Shown here piece by piece: positions 1 through 11,580 of a stretch of 64,000 bases of DNA. The stretch covers positions 186,001 through 250,000 of the forward strand of contig JALDZS010000001.1 of NCBI GenBank assembly GCA_022813965.1. Direction: 5' to 3'. The translations under genes were made by a program, and so were the position numbers. The stretch's first letter is position 1, and each line of letters starts with the position of its first letter. The stretch comes from Toensbergia leucococca (taxonomy: Eukaryota). The notes below the pieces were generated by a model, which saw only the letters and a list, made by a program, of their open reading frames with translations, was not told where the DNA came from and made no database searches.

Positions 1-1
1 T

Positions 2-1600
2 ACCTTTGTCGATGCACAGCTGGGTAATAAAGACCTTTCCGCAAAATCCACAGGAGCCCCATATCTATTGGTCTTGTTCTGTCACATTGGACGAAGCGAG
101 TTGATTATCTCCTTGTGCAATCTAGCTTTCACGGTCAATTTATCAAGATGCATAAACTGGAGTCATCTGATGTTGTTCGAAGAGAGCACTCGGCATGACG
201 GCGGATTTGAAATCGAATTCCCGCATCAGCGCGCGGTCATCAAGTTCCTTAGCAACAAGGAACATGTAGGCTTCCTCGCTCATCCAAAGGCTTTTCTCTC
301 TGTCGTCAAGGACAGAGGACCCCGTCCGGGTGAAGTCCAGATCTTTCGCGAAGTGCTAGAATCGTACCAATCACGCGATGCTGTCATTGACAAACAAAAT
401 GTCTCGTCCAGACCGCGTATGAACGACTCATATGCTGCTTGTGAACTCACTCTATATGACTTCTGTCCTGAAGAAAGCTGGAAGACCACACGAAGGTTGG
501 TTCTTAGCTCTGATCCTTCCACTGCGAAACCCTGGTGTACCTCCCATTGGTTACCATTATGCAAAATAGAAGTTCAACTGCAAGCCAGAGAAGTTGTCTT
601 GAGATGGTCAGACTACCAGCAACTCGATGAGAAGAGCAATGGTGAATACGGCTTTTGGTACAGTTATTTGTACCAACCCAACAAACCCAATTGCAGCGTC
701 AACTTGGTCTTCAAAGATCATGTATCTGCTGAGTCTTTTGCGGACACCATTCTCCGACCATTTGATACACCTATCAAAACACAACACCTCGATCTGCTAC
801 ACAATTTTGGCTCAAGATCCACACAACAGAGGGGAGCCGTGTATCGGTTGTACGATATCGACGAAGAATCCAATAAAGGCCGCCTCGCGATAGTTTTAGT
901 AAGCAACCGACCAAATTTTCTTCAGGTTACGGATGTTTACTTTGTACACCGTGATGTTGACTTCTTCCTGGAGAAGAGCAAGGAGCACTCTGTCGCATTC
1001 CCAGATCTTGGAGTCCCTGATTATCACTCTTCTATCCGAGGTGTCGCACGAAGACTTGATGAAAAGATCGAAGAGCCAGAGTTCGCAGGTGTCGAAGTCA
1101 CCCAAGAGTCCGCTCAAATTGACTTTTCTAGCAATGAAGAACTCTTTTCTTTCATGGAAAAGCTCCTTGGCTGGAAGCTCAAGTATGCCCGCAAAGTCCG
1201 TTCAATTACTTTTGATCATAAATGGCCCTTCCTTGTAGATAGCCATAAGCAGTCTATCGTACACCTCTTCGAGAAAAAAGCAAAACAGGAACACGCCCGA
1301 TACCTAAGGCTTGCGATACGATCAACGAACGACAACGAATCTTTCTGGGCCACGACAAGTCCATCACAACCGCACCTCCATGGCAGGAAAGTTATCTTGA
1401 AGAATGTGAGGATCTGTAAAGGAGACGAGATAGACACTAAGGAAATGCACGCAGTGCATGCCGCTTCTCGCACACAGCAGCAGCCTCATGCGGAGCGGAA
1501 AGTCGTCGTTATCTTCAAGAGCAATCAAGATGCCCAGAATTTCGCCATGGAAGTGAGCAATACTGTTGATGATCTGAATGTTGCCGACGAGGGCCTGTGA
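2..1600 (+). CDS. 3' part of a large hypothetical fungal protein (5' end outside window)
   Basis: Frame is open from position 2 (TFVDAQLGNKDLS...) to TGA at 1598-1600, over 530 codons. The ORF-track start at 68 is TTG, not a real start. No catalytic motif recognised. Confidence 0.75.
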   Translation, partial: TFVDAQLGNKDLSAKSTGAPYLLVLFCHIGRSELIISLCNLAFTVNLSRCINWSHLMLFEESTRHDGGFEIEFPHQRAVIKFLSNKEHVGFLAHPKAFLSVVKDRGPRPGEVQIFREVLESYQSRDAVIDKQNVSSRPRMNDSYAACELTLYDFCPEESWKTTRRLVLSSDPSTAKPWCTSHWLPLCKIEVQLQAREVVLRWSDYQQLDEKSNGEYGFWYSYLYQPNKPNCSVNLVFKDHVSAESFADTILRPFDTPIKTQHLDLLHNFGSRSTQQRGAVYRLYDIDEESNKGRLAIVLVSNRPNFLQVTDVYFVHRDVDFFLEKSKEHSVAFPDLGVPDYHSSIRGVARRLDEKIEEPEFAGVEVTQESAQIDFSSNEELFSFMEKLLGWKLKYARKVRSITFDHKWPFLVDSHKQSIVHLFEKKAKQEHARYLRLAIRSTNDNESFWATTSPSQPHLHGRKVILKNVRICKGDEIDTKEMHAVHAASRTQQQPHAERKVVVIFKSNQDAQNFAMEVSNTVDDLNVADEGL

Positions 1601-1640
1601 TTGAATTTCATGGTTTGCGTCAGATTAGCCAAAAAGTCAT

Positions 1641-2360
1641 CTAACGTCGCCAAGTACGAACAGCCTTATCCTTGCCACCATTTCTCACCTTCTTGCTGTC
1701 AGGACTCTATTCAACCGCAAATACCTCGTGTCGATGGCTTGGCAAATTATGGATGATTGCTGGGTCTGGCATGCCATACTCTCGGTATCGAATACTTCTA
1801 CGCACTCACCGGTAAGCACGAGTCAGCTGAGAAGCAACATCGACAAGCAGCACCAACCTGACCGCGCATTATAGTTATGAGCTTGTCGTCTCGAGCATCC
1901 CAAAGCTCGCCATGCCTTTCGAAGCCTGCTGAAGCGATATACACCCCATCGGGAGAGAAAGTTACTGCTTCTGATGCTCGAGAAATCCGCTATCACATGC
2001 AGCGGCTATTCTAGGTCCCAATAGAATATCATATTATCATCGCTAGCGGAGACGACTCGCTAAATGATCTCTTGATTGACTTTGCCGTCCTGTCGAATTG
2101 TTCTCCGGGGACTCCGACTTTGACGATCTTGGCATCTACTATGTCCAGTACTCAACCAGTGCAGTCATGATAACGGGGTTCGGAGGATGGAACGCTGTCG
2201 ATAGAGCGAGGTGCTTTATTACCTGATTGATGCGTGAGGATAGAGTGTACAGGCATAACCAATTCTTCGAATCGAGGATCTTGATCGTCTCATCTTGAGA
2301 TGCTCTGTAGACTTTGCATGCCTTTGATCTGGGACAACGTATTTAGAGGGCGATGCGTCC
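1641..2360 (-). pseudogene. RSA4: Decayed C-terminal WD40 half of ribosome assembly protein Rsa4/Notchless (NLE1)
   Basis: Manual minus-strand translation across frameshifts and stops gives KVYRASQDETIKILDSK..HLALSTAF..ILRT-YHDCTG..KVNQEII*RVVSASDDNMIFYWDL..AVTFSPDGVYIASAGFERHGELWDARDDKLITIMRGQVGAACRCCFSADSCLPVSA*K..LPSHRHEVFAVE*SPDSKKVRNGGKDKAVRTWRR*. This is collinear with the Rsa4 C-terminus as I recall it (HLALSTDFVLRT, ERLVSASDDFTMFLWDP, FSPDGxYIASAGFD, CCFSADSRLLVS, DLPGHxDEVFAVDWSPDG..GGKDKAVRxW). Confidence 0.85.
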
Positions 2361-2365
2361 ATTTC

Positions 2366-3146
2366 ACTTGGTTAGTTATCTGAGCTCGGAAATATTTGTC
2401 TAAAAACAAGCTAAGTAGGTTTCGCCATTTTGAGCTCATAGCACGAGAGATTATTGGTGGGAGCTTCTATTCATAGGACGAGGCTTCATCTAGAAATATC
2501 TGTTTGCAAGAGTTGTCTCGAGGGTTATAAATTCAGGAATGTCGCCTTCCACTATTATATTCAATTGATGTGGCCCAAAAACCGCAATTCGTACAGCCAC
2601 GGCGGCTGGCTGAAAAGATGGTCTATCCAACCACACCATGATCTTCTCAGCGGTAGCAAATATCTCACCGATCATCTGAACCTGATGAGATTTCTCTTCG
2701 CGATCGTCTTGGTTGATGCAGAAAAGGTTGATGAAGAAATATCTTGGAATTTCTCCCGCGGTGCCAATGATGAGTATGGCAGCAGCAGCTGAAGTAGTCA
2801 AATCGAGGAATCGACCATCATCACATTTGCCATACTTTGGCGGGATCGTCCAACGGTATGACAAAGCTCTATGGGAGAATGGTTGCACGTCCAGAGGCAT
2901 GTGAACGAATGAAAACTTGAGCCCAGTGGTATCGTTTCGGTATGCTTTTACTAGACGAATGTGGAAATATGGTAGATAAGGGCGTGCCTGCCTATGGTAT
3001 GACGGGTAATCGCGAGAAATCTCGCATGTTAAAGCTTTCAATTCGTCATGGAATTGGCCGGGCCCTAGATTAATAGAGAAGAAACGAACGTTCTGAGGAA
3101 GGAAAAAGATTCTCAGTACCTCTCTCGGTCCCGTCGTAGGTTCAGG
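2366..3146 (-). pseudogene. Degenerate HET-domain (PF06985, het-6-like) heterokaryon incompatibility gene
   Basis: HET blocks are recognisable: HIRLVK...ALSYRW; YFFINLFCINQDDREEKSHQVQMIGEIFATAEKIMVWL; then, after the stop at 2490 and a frameshift, LPPIISRAMSSKWRNLLSLFLDKYFRAQITNQ (degenerate WxxL..YFxRxWxxQE). The 5' region is interrupted by a MITE. Confidence 0.8.
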
Positions 3147-3607
3147 CAACGTTTTTAATGGTTGACCAGCTACAGAGGAACTATTAATCCTTAGGCAGTT
3201 GGTTGGTTGATAGGTAGTGGGTTTGACGCTTTTGTAGTTGGTTGGTAGTTCAACCAGCACCATAGTCAACTAACCTAATAGTTGAGTCATGTTGATGTTT
3301 TCGGGGTGGATTTGAATTATAACAACCCAGAAAGGCCTAATTACAGCCTGAACAGGCCTAGCTTCAGTCAGAATAGGCTTACCTAGTGACAGTCTGAAAA
3401 CTTAAATGTTTGATTCATCTTTGTTAAACATCCATCAATTTCATCAACGATGACCAAAAGTGATGACGAATTCACTCTTTCTGATGCTTCTAGTAGTCTT
3501 GTCACCTTAGCAAAGATGATAAGGGTATAGACTATTATTCAACTGGTTAACCGTTCAACCAACTACTAAATATTCTCAACCGACTATTTCAACCATTAAA
3601 AACGTTG
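3147..3607. mobile_element. Non-autonomous hAT-type DNA transposon (MITE), 461 bp
   Basis: Perfect 19-bp TIRs: CAACGTTTTTAATGGTTGA (3147-3165) and TCAACCATTAAAAACGTTG (3589-3607). Exact 8-bp target-site duplication GGTTCAGG at 3139-3146 and 3608-3615. Repeated subterminal GGTTGA/TCAACC motifs. No transposase ORF. Confidence 0.92.
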
Positions 3608-4232
3608 GGTTCAGGAATCAGACATCGATCTTTCTCATTCTCTATCCTTTAATTCTCCGCCCGCAGCAAAGACCCTGCTGTCACTCGACTTGGGCGCGTG
3701 CTCACTTGTTGATGAAAGCATAACTTGCAACGATAGACCTGACCCAGATGAGCTGGCGATGCCCGTAGGACTCCTGTTTTGGAGACATGGGGTGGATGTC
3801 ACTCATACGAAAATAGCTTTGATTGCAGGTTCTTACACCAATATGAGTCACTATACATATTCACCTTATGAATCGGGCGCATTACGAGTATTGATCCGCT
3901 ATGATGGCACGCCACCGGTGGTTGTGATCATCCATCGATGTAAGATCAACTCCCATGGGTTTCATCCATCCATGGCGACAGTGATGTTTGTTGAGATTTA
4001 TTGTAAGATATGGATAATAGTGATATTATGGATCGAGTGCTTGCTTTGCACAGATGGCTAATTCTCATACTCGATACTACATTCTAGAAGAGATACGAGG
4101 CCATCTAGGTAATTCTCCTGAGGATCACATGAAAAGAGGAGAAGAACCACCAGGCCTCATGCGATCTACTCAGCTCTTATCGACTCATGGATCCATGCTT
4201 GAGGTGGTCGAATCGATAACATCAACAATGTT

Positions 4233-4999
4233 CTACATTCTATGAGTTGTAGCGTCCATGAAGTATCTCACGCTCTTCGGTATTGACCTTGATGTGTTGC
4301 TGTTGCCACATTTAGGCTTTGCTGCTCGAGCAGTTTTCCTTTTCCTCCGGAGCTTCCATATTATGACAAAGATCACTAAAACAGCATGAGAACACCACAT
4401 ACAATGGTAACTATGAAGGCTAGAAGTACATCTGGTGGGCCGGGACCTGTGTTCGGAATCGGAACTTTGGTGCTGTTGCTGGAGGGACCGCCATAGATGC
4501 TGAAATATTGAGAATCAGTGTACCAAGAAGAATTCGAGTTTTGGGCCCTGAGCCAAAATGTCCGCGATAATGAAAGGTCTAAAGTAGTATTCACAGTCCA
4601 TGAGAGCATTGTGCTACCATCCACATAGACTGTCAATACTGTTAGCCCCATAATGAGAAATGTCTAGGTGGGAAGAATGGCTGACCATGCTCGATGAGTT
4701 CACTGTCACAGATGTTACAACCAGCTGGTTCCCAATAAATGTATTGCTCGAGCGACAGGAACCCAGCTGACATACTGTATGGCCACTGAAATTGAAGATG
4801 TTCAGTCGAGCCCCAAATCCAAAATGGGTGGTAGGTAGCGTTGACGCTTGAAGAATTGTCACTTTGGGGTGGATATACCCAGAAAATTTCGCTACTGCTC
4901 ATCTTTCAGAGACAAACACCAAGGGACGAGCAGATGTAGGGATACTTGTGCTACATGAAAGAGCAGAAGAAATATCACTGTAGCCGCAAAGTGGGCCAT
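4233..4999 (-). CDS. Small type-I membrane/cell-surface protein (signal peptide, ectodomain, TM, basic tail), with an apparent frameshift
   Basis: Exon 1 (4999-4946) encodes MAHFAATVIFLLLFHVAQ. GT-AG introns at 4945-4903 and ~4685-4631 (GCTAAC branch). Ectodomain MSSSEIFWVYPP...FWLRAQNSNSSWYTDSQYFSI. The TM DVLLAFIVTIVCGVLMLF hits TAG at 4378-4376 but continues in a shifted frame as LVIFVIIWKLRRKRK. Confidence 0.65.
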
Positions 5000-6128
5000 G
5001 GGGCAGTGTTATGTCAATGCTGCAGACCTGCTATGCGCAGCTTGATCACTCGTGGAAGCTGTTCCCAGAAAATCTGCCGGTACAAAGGTATGTACAAATA
5101 CGATGTGGACAACCATTGTTGTTTTGAGAACCCGTCAGTCTCCCAGATGTAAATCTGATTTCTAGAGCTTTTTTGGTCTTCAACGTCCACATTAATGTGT
5201 GGTCCTACCAGAAGAGTGATGAAAAACGAAATGTCTAGAAGTAGCACATCTTTTCTAAGGTATGCATCATTAAATCCTCTTTGAACACATGCAAAAGTAC
5301 TTTGATCATGATAGCCACTGACCCGGTCGAAGTTTTCGTATCTAACCATACCTTTGTCTCCAATACAGGCCAAGAGCGAGACTGTGGATGATGTTAAAGA
5401 TCGGTTTCAGGTTGTGATCCCACAGCGCCTATGAGCGACCACTTTGGTTTACACCGCCTTATTCATCGATTCAATAGCTTTGTCGCCTCCCATTCCATGT
5501 CTCACAAGCTCGCGGCTCAAAGACCGACGGCCCAAGCGCGTGTACATGCTAACCGCTCCCAATTACTCATTGAATGTTGAGTCCAAGGCAGATACTCTCT
5601 TCACCACCAAGGCAGACTTGTTGGATTGTCAAACCCGCATCCCGCCACCCTGCTCTTCTGTATCTCGCCTGCTTATCCCTTGACAATTGTTCCGCAGCAC
5701 TGCCCTCGAGACCAGGCCTTCATGTATGCACTCCACATAAATGTATTTCATGTGTAAAAGTTCTGATCGGTTTGTTGGGTCAAGAATCCAGCATTTATCT
5801 ACCGTTTCCAATTCGCGTGTATGACTACACGAAACCAAGATCTTACAGAGGTTACCTCCTTCTTTGCCCAGAATCTTGAACAAAGCAATATTTCTGTCTC
5901 ATCTGGTCGCAGAGCTGATCATGTCATTGTACATGATTTAAGGAATAGGCTGTGTGAACTCAGCTGTGGCATTAGGTGAGCAGATCATGTTCATACGAAA
6001 ATTCCATGCAGCAATGTTCCGTTGTAACGATCGAAGACCTGGAAACTCAAGTAAGAGCATTGACTTGAGTAAGAACCTAATTCGACCGGGGTAGGACTGA
6101 AAGGTTAACACCCCGTGCTTTGCATGCA

Positions 6129-8399
6129 ATGCAGACCCACGAGGAGTTGGAGTTTATTGCAACGTCAGATGCCTCAAAAGCTTCCGGAAACCCAGAGGGT
6201 GCCTTGTCCAATTCGTGTAATGTGGAACATAGATCCACGAAGAGCTCTTCTTCACAGGAATCTCATCCGTCAGCTCACCGAATATTATCGTGGAAACAGC
6301 GATATCTTGAAGGCTGGCGTGCCGGAGCATCTGCAAGTTGTGTTACTGCCACGATTATTCTAATCATCAATATCTCCATCACCGTAGGGGTGGCTGTGCA
6401 CTACCAACTTGTCAATGGTACTGGTGTGCTATATCAGGGAAATTGCTCAAAAGCTAAATCCATTAATACTTGGATGCAGCTAGTCATTAACGTCCTGAGC
6501 ACAGTCCTTCTCAGTGCAAGTAATTACTGCATGCAGTGTCTGAGCTCACCGACTCGGAATGAGGTTGACAAGGCACATGCGAACGAGGTACTACTAGATA
6601 TCGGAGTGCCATCAATTAGGAATCTGTTTGGAATCAGCTGGGATCGCCTACTTCTTTGGTTCTTTCTTGGGCTAAGTGCTCTACCCTTGCACTTTGTGTA
6701 TGTATGTTTGACAAAACCTGCGACTGGGAGCTTACAGAACCTGTAGGTATAATTCTGTAGTCTACGTGACTACGCAAGCGAACACATATACCGTAATCGC
6801 GGGCACAGAAGAATTCCTTAGTGGCAACGGATACTCTCAGGACCAAGTAATGGGTTGGGTTGATACTCCTGGGACAAATGAGTCTTTAGAGAACTTTCGT
6901 CAAAGAATTCTGAACTCCGGGAGATTTGAACGATTAAGCACTCGTGAATGTCTCAAGGCATACTCCACTCAATATGTATCCGCTAGAGGTAATGTGTTTC
7001 TAGTTCAAGATCAAGTCATGTATAGTACTTTGTCCATCAGTGGACCGTACTTGAGCAGTCCCACGGACTATCCCTCATACACGTGGCAGTGTCCGTGGCA
7101 GAGCCAAGCAGACTGCAATCCTTATAACAAGACACAGATCAAAGACATGGATCTTTGGAGCCCTTTCGGTGAAGTCGTTCGATATTGTTGGAGTGAGCTT
7201 AGCAAGGAGAACTGCAAACTTAACTTCGACTTGGACTTTGCTTTGATTGTCATGTCATGTAATCTTATCAAGATTATTTGCATGTTTCTTACACTTCGAA
7301 AGCATAAGAGGTCGGCACTTATTACGATTGGAGATGCTATTCAGTCTTTTTTGGACTGCCCAGATCCTACAACTAAGGGGCTCTGTACTATCTCAACAGA
7401 TCGTATGGTTAGCTTGTGGGAATGGAGATGTACCTTTGCACCAGAATTGATGCTAGCGAAGAAGAGATTTTTACTAGACGTAGAATGTCAGAAATGGACC
7501 CCGAAAAGGAGGCGCTGGAGTAGTTCTGTAACAGGTGGGCGTTGGTATGTGTGCTATATTTTGTGAGTAATTCCAGGACCATGCATGAATCAATCATTTA
7601 TGAGACGATACGTAAATAGACAGCTTCACTGACTAGATCAAGGTATCTCTCTTCTTTGGGAGTAGCTTTGTTCTACTTCTTTCGCTGTACATCTGGAATG
7701 ATCAGAAATATTAGCACCTTTCGAAGGATGGGCCTGGGAGCACCAACTGGAAACAACATATTGTCAATGAACTACTCAATACTCACCACCGTTGTCATAG
7801 CAAACTCACCGCAAATCGTCCTCTCGTACCTGTATGTCATGTTCAACGCTCTTTACACCTGTATGCTTGCAGGAGACGAGTGGATACGGTTCGCATCGCA
7901 TCGGCAAACGCTTCGCGTCACTTCACCCGTTGGAGCACAACGAAGCACATACTACCTGCAACTTCCATACACCTACTCCATTCCTTTGGTCGTCCTATCA
8001 AGCCTCCTCAGCTGGTTGGCTTCTCAAAGCCTCTTTATGGTCCAGATCGACATCATGGACGAATCTTTAATTCCGGCCAGCATCCCGCCAACATCGATGA
8101 CAAACACTATCTCAAGCTGTGGCTTCTCGCCTGGGGCTATCATTCTCACAGTGATGGTGGGGAGCCTAATTGCCTTCGGCGCGATTTTAACAGGGCTGAG
8201 GAGATACTCGTCTGGGATGCCACTGGCGGCTACTTGTAGCGGTGCTATAAGCGCTGCGTGCCATCGAGCAGATGATGATGTTGACGCGTCAGTTCTCCCA
8301 TTGCAGTGGGGTGTGGTAAGCACGAAAGACGGCGTGGGTCATTGCTCTTTCAGTAGCAAGCTGGTAGGGCCTCTAGTTCCGGGACGGCGGTATGTGTGA
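6129..8399 (+). CDS. DUF6536-like fungal multi-pass membrane protein (3 exons)
   Basis: Motifs GWRAG, LYQGNC, INVLSTVLLSASNYCMQCLSSPTRNEVDKAH, LDIGVPSIRNL, LPLHFV|YNS, TIGDAIQSFL, LRVTSPVGAQRSTYYLQLPYTY, CSGAISAACH, GHCSFSS. GT-AG introns near 6699-6747 and 7563-7641 join the three ORF-track pieces. Confidence 0.8.
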
Positions 8400-9264
8400 A
8401 TGGGAGAGAATGTCTAGCAAAGATATATTTAGATGGGCTATTGAGTGCGCGACAGCTAGAATAGCGGCTTGGGCTGATGACAGCAAACAGCAGAAAAGAG
8501 ACTCTTGGATAATGGCATTGATGGATGATACGAATAGCCTCATAGGATTTGGATGGCGGCTTCCACCCTGAACTTAGGGGCGAGTGGGCTCCGAGCGACT
8601 GCCAAGGCAGGATGTTTTAATTCTCACTAGCGCCCGCTCTTAGCTCAGCTTGGCCCCGCTCTTACTAATCAATCACCACCGCAATCATAGGAAAATGTCT
8701 TAATATTAAGGCACATTACATATTTTCTCTTCGTTCTCCATCAAGATCGACTACAATGTGAAGGCCTGGCACAGTCTTTTACCCACATAAAAATGGAACA
8801 CGTCGGTATTGCGCTCTGGGTGAGTGGGGCGGGAAACTAAGCGGAAATGTGATATGAATTCGCGATTCTGCCCCAGGTACTCCGTATGGAGTATGGAGTA
8901 ATCTAGCTCCTGAATGACACGCGAATGAAGAGTTAGATCGCATGCAATAGAAATGAAGAAATTATCTATGTACTCGTATTTCGAACCGAGGTTCCCCTAG
9001 CTTCGAACCCTTCAATATTGGCCCGGGCGGCCCCTAATCTCCAGTTTCGGGAGATCGACACACTTTAAGTTTAGGCGAGAGAAAAAACTCGAGGACCGAG
9101 TTATTTAGAGCTTCAATCTGACGTGGCGGACATAGGCGCTGAAGCTCCGATGATGTTCTGATTATCTGCGTACGATTGCGACTTATCTATGAAGTCTCTG
9201 GTTATGTTCAGACGTTCTTGCGACAACGACGTTCGAATTGCTTGATCTTCTGCATATTTCAACC

Positions 9265-11196
9265 ATGTTTCTCTCATCTCTCCGGGCTGAGATCATTCGA
9301 TCACGTACAGTTGGATCCCGCGTAAGACTGTAAGTATACTAAGATCACGATATAGACGCTGCTTATTTACGTCAATTGGCAGACAATCTTTTTCAATCGC
9401 AATGGCCAAACGAATACAAGGCCCTGTACCTCCCCAATTGAACAAGACCAGTCAACATATTACACAGCCGAAGTCGCAGGGAGCATCGCAGGCTATGCTC
9501 TATGCCACTGGCTTGGAGCCTTCTGACATGTCGAAAGCCCAGGTTGGAATATCGTCCGTCTGGTACTCGGGAAACCCTTGTAACATGCATTTGTTAGACC
9601 TCAGCAACAGGGTAAAGGAAGGCGTGGAACGCTCAGGGCTTATAGGCTATCAATTTAATACTATTGGCGTTAGCGATGGTATTTCAATGGGTACTAAAGG
9701 CATGCGGTACTCCCTTCAATCCCGCGATCTTATCGCCGATTCTGTCGAGACTGTTATGGGCGGCCAGTGGTACGATGCCAACATCTCCATTCCAGGCTGT
9801 GATAAAAACATGCCTGGCGTCATGATGGCCATGGGTCGTGTCAATAGGCCTTCATTAATGGTCTATGGAGGTACCATAAAACCTGGATGTGCATCTACTC
9901 AGAATAACGCAGATATCGATATCGTTTCCGCCTTTCAAGCTTACGGACAATTCATCACTGGTGAGATTGACGAGGTGCAACGCTTCGACATTATTAGGCA
10001 TGCATGCCCTGGTGGTGGAGCTTGTGGCGGTATGTACACCGCGAACACCATGGCTACTGCAATCGAAGTAATGGGCATGACTCTTCCCGGCTCATCGTCC
10101 AATCCGGCTGAATCTCATGCCAAACACCTTGAGTGTCTCGCCGCTGGCGGTGCCATCAAAAAACTGCTAAAAGAAGACATCCGCCCTTCCGATATTCTGA
10201 CTCGACAAGCATTTGAAAATGCAATGATCGTCGTGAACATCACTGGCGGATCTACAAACGCAGTGCTACACTTGATCGCAATCGCCCATTCGGTAGGTAT
10301 AAAGCTTACAGTAGACGACTTCCAATCCGTCAGTGACAGGATTCCTTTCCTAGCAAATCTAAAACCCTCTGGGAAATACGTAATGGCTGATCTCCATAAT
10401 ATCGGCGGAACCCCTGCGCTACTCAAATTTTTGCTCAAGGAGGGACTCATCAAAGGCAATGGTATGACTGTGACTGGTCAGACCCTTGCGCAGAATCTCG
10501 AGAACGCACCAGACTTTCCTCCGAACCAAGACATCATCAGATCTATTAGTAATCCCATCAAAAAGACAGGACACATCCAGATCCTACGTGGCAGCTTAGC
10601 TCCGGGGGGTAGTGTGGGTAAAATTACCGGCAAGGAAGGCATGCGATTCGTGGGTAAGGCGAAAGTTTTCGATTCCGAAGATGCGATGGTCCTCGCCCTT
10701 GAAAAGGGCGAGATTCTTAAAGGAGAGAAGACTGTGGTGATAATCCGATACGAGGGGCCTAAAGGCGGACCAGGGATGCCAGAGATGTTAAAGCCGAGTT
10801 CCGCACTTGTAGGCGCAGGTCTCGGCCAAGACGTGGCGCTCGTCACGGACGGGCGATTCAGTGGGGGTTCGCACGGGTTCTTGATAGGGCACGTTGTTCC
10901 AGAGGCGCAACAAGGGGGCCCAATTGCATTGGTAAGGGATGGGGACGAGGTGATTATAGATGCAGAGACGAAAAAGATGGACATTCAAGTCGGAGAAGAC
11001 GAAATGGACAAGAGGAGGAAAGAGTGGGTACAGCCGGCAATAAAGTATGACAAGGGAACGTTGAAGAAATATGCAAAGTGAGTTGTCATTTTCCTCCGAA
11101 GGTTTAGTCTTGAGGAAATGAGGTGTGAACTTTACTGATGAATCTCAATATAGGCTTGTGACTGACGCCAGTCATGGATGCATTACAGACGCATAA
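9265..11196 (+). CDS. ILV3: Dihydroxy-acid dehydratase, mitochondrial
   Basis: Motifs [44 protein letters not shown]. Exon 1 (9265-9329) is a basic presequence [14 protein letters not shown], followed by intron 9330-9382. The last exon [13 protein letters not shown] ends at 11196. Confidence 0.97.
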
Positions 11197-11580
11197 ACTT
11201 GCCATTGAGTATGACAAAAGGTAGCTATGAAGATGACAAAATATTAGGATGAGAAATTACGATGTAAAAGCGATTCGTTCGGTCCATGCAAGGCAATCCA
11301 GTTCATCGGAGAATTGCTTCCAATGACTGACGGAAGAGAGCAGAGTGCACAAAGAACATCGAGTGCTATATTGTAGTGAAAAGCTTCATATAGAGTTTCA
11401 GGAAACATATGTTCAAGCAGAGCCAACAGAATCTACCCGAGTAAATAGTAGAGATGAGTGAAATTGCCCGCGTGGTCACAATAGTATTCATATTAGCTGG
11501 AATTGATTTGTTTCAATGTCTCGTGTCTCACTAGTACAAAGCTGAAAGGGAAAAGTGAAAGGCAAGGTGAGCAAAGCAAG

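Noticed and set aside
1757..1861. Plus-strand TPR-like peptide LLGLACHTLGIEYFYALTGKHESAEKQHRQA
   Set aside because: It is the antisense of the much stronger, collinear Rsa4 WD40 match on the minus strand.
2490..3269. 259-aa ORF as an intact HET gene
   Set aside because: It has a non-ATG start inside the MITE, degenerate motifs (FINLFC for WIDAIC) and a stop before the last HET block, so it is treated as a pseudogene.
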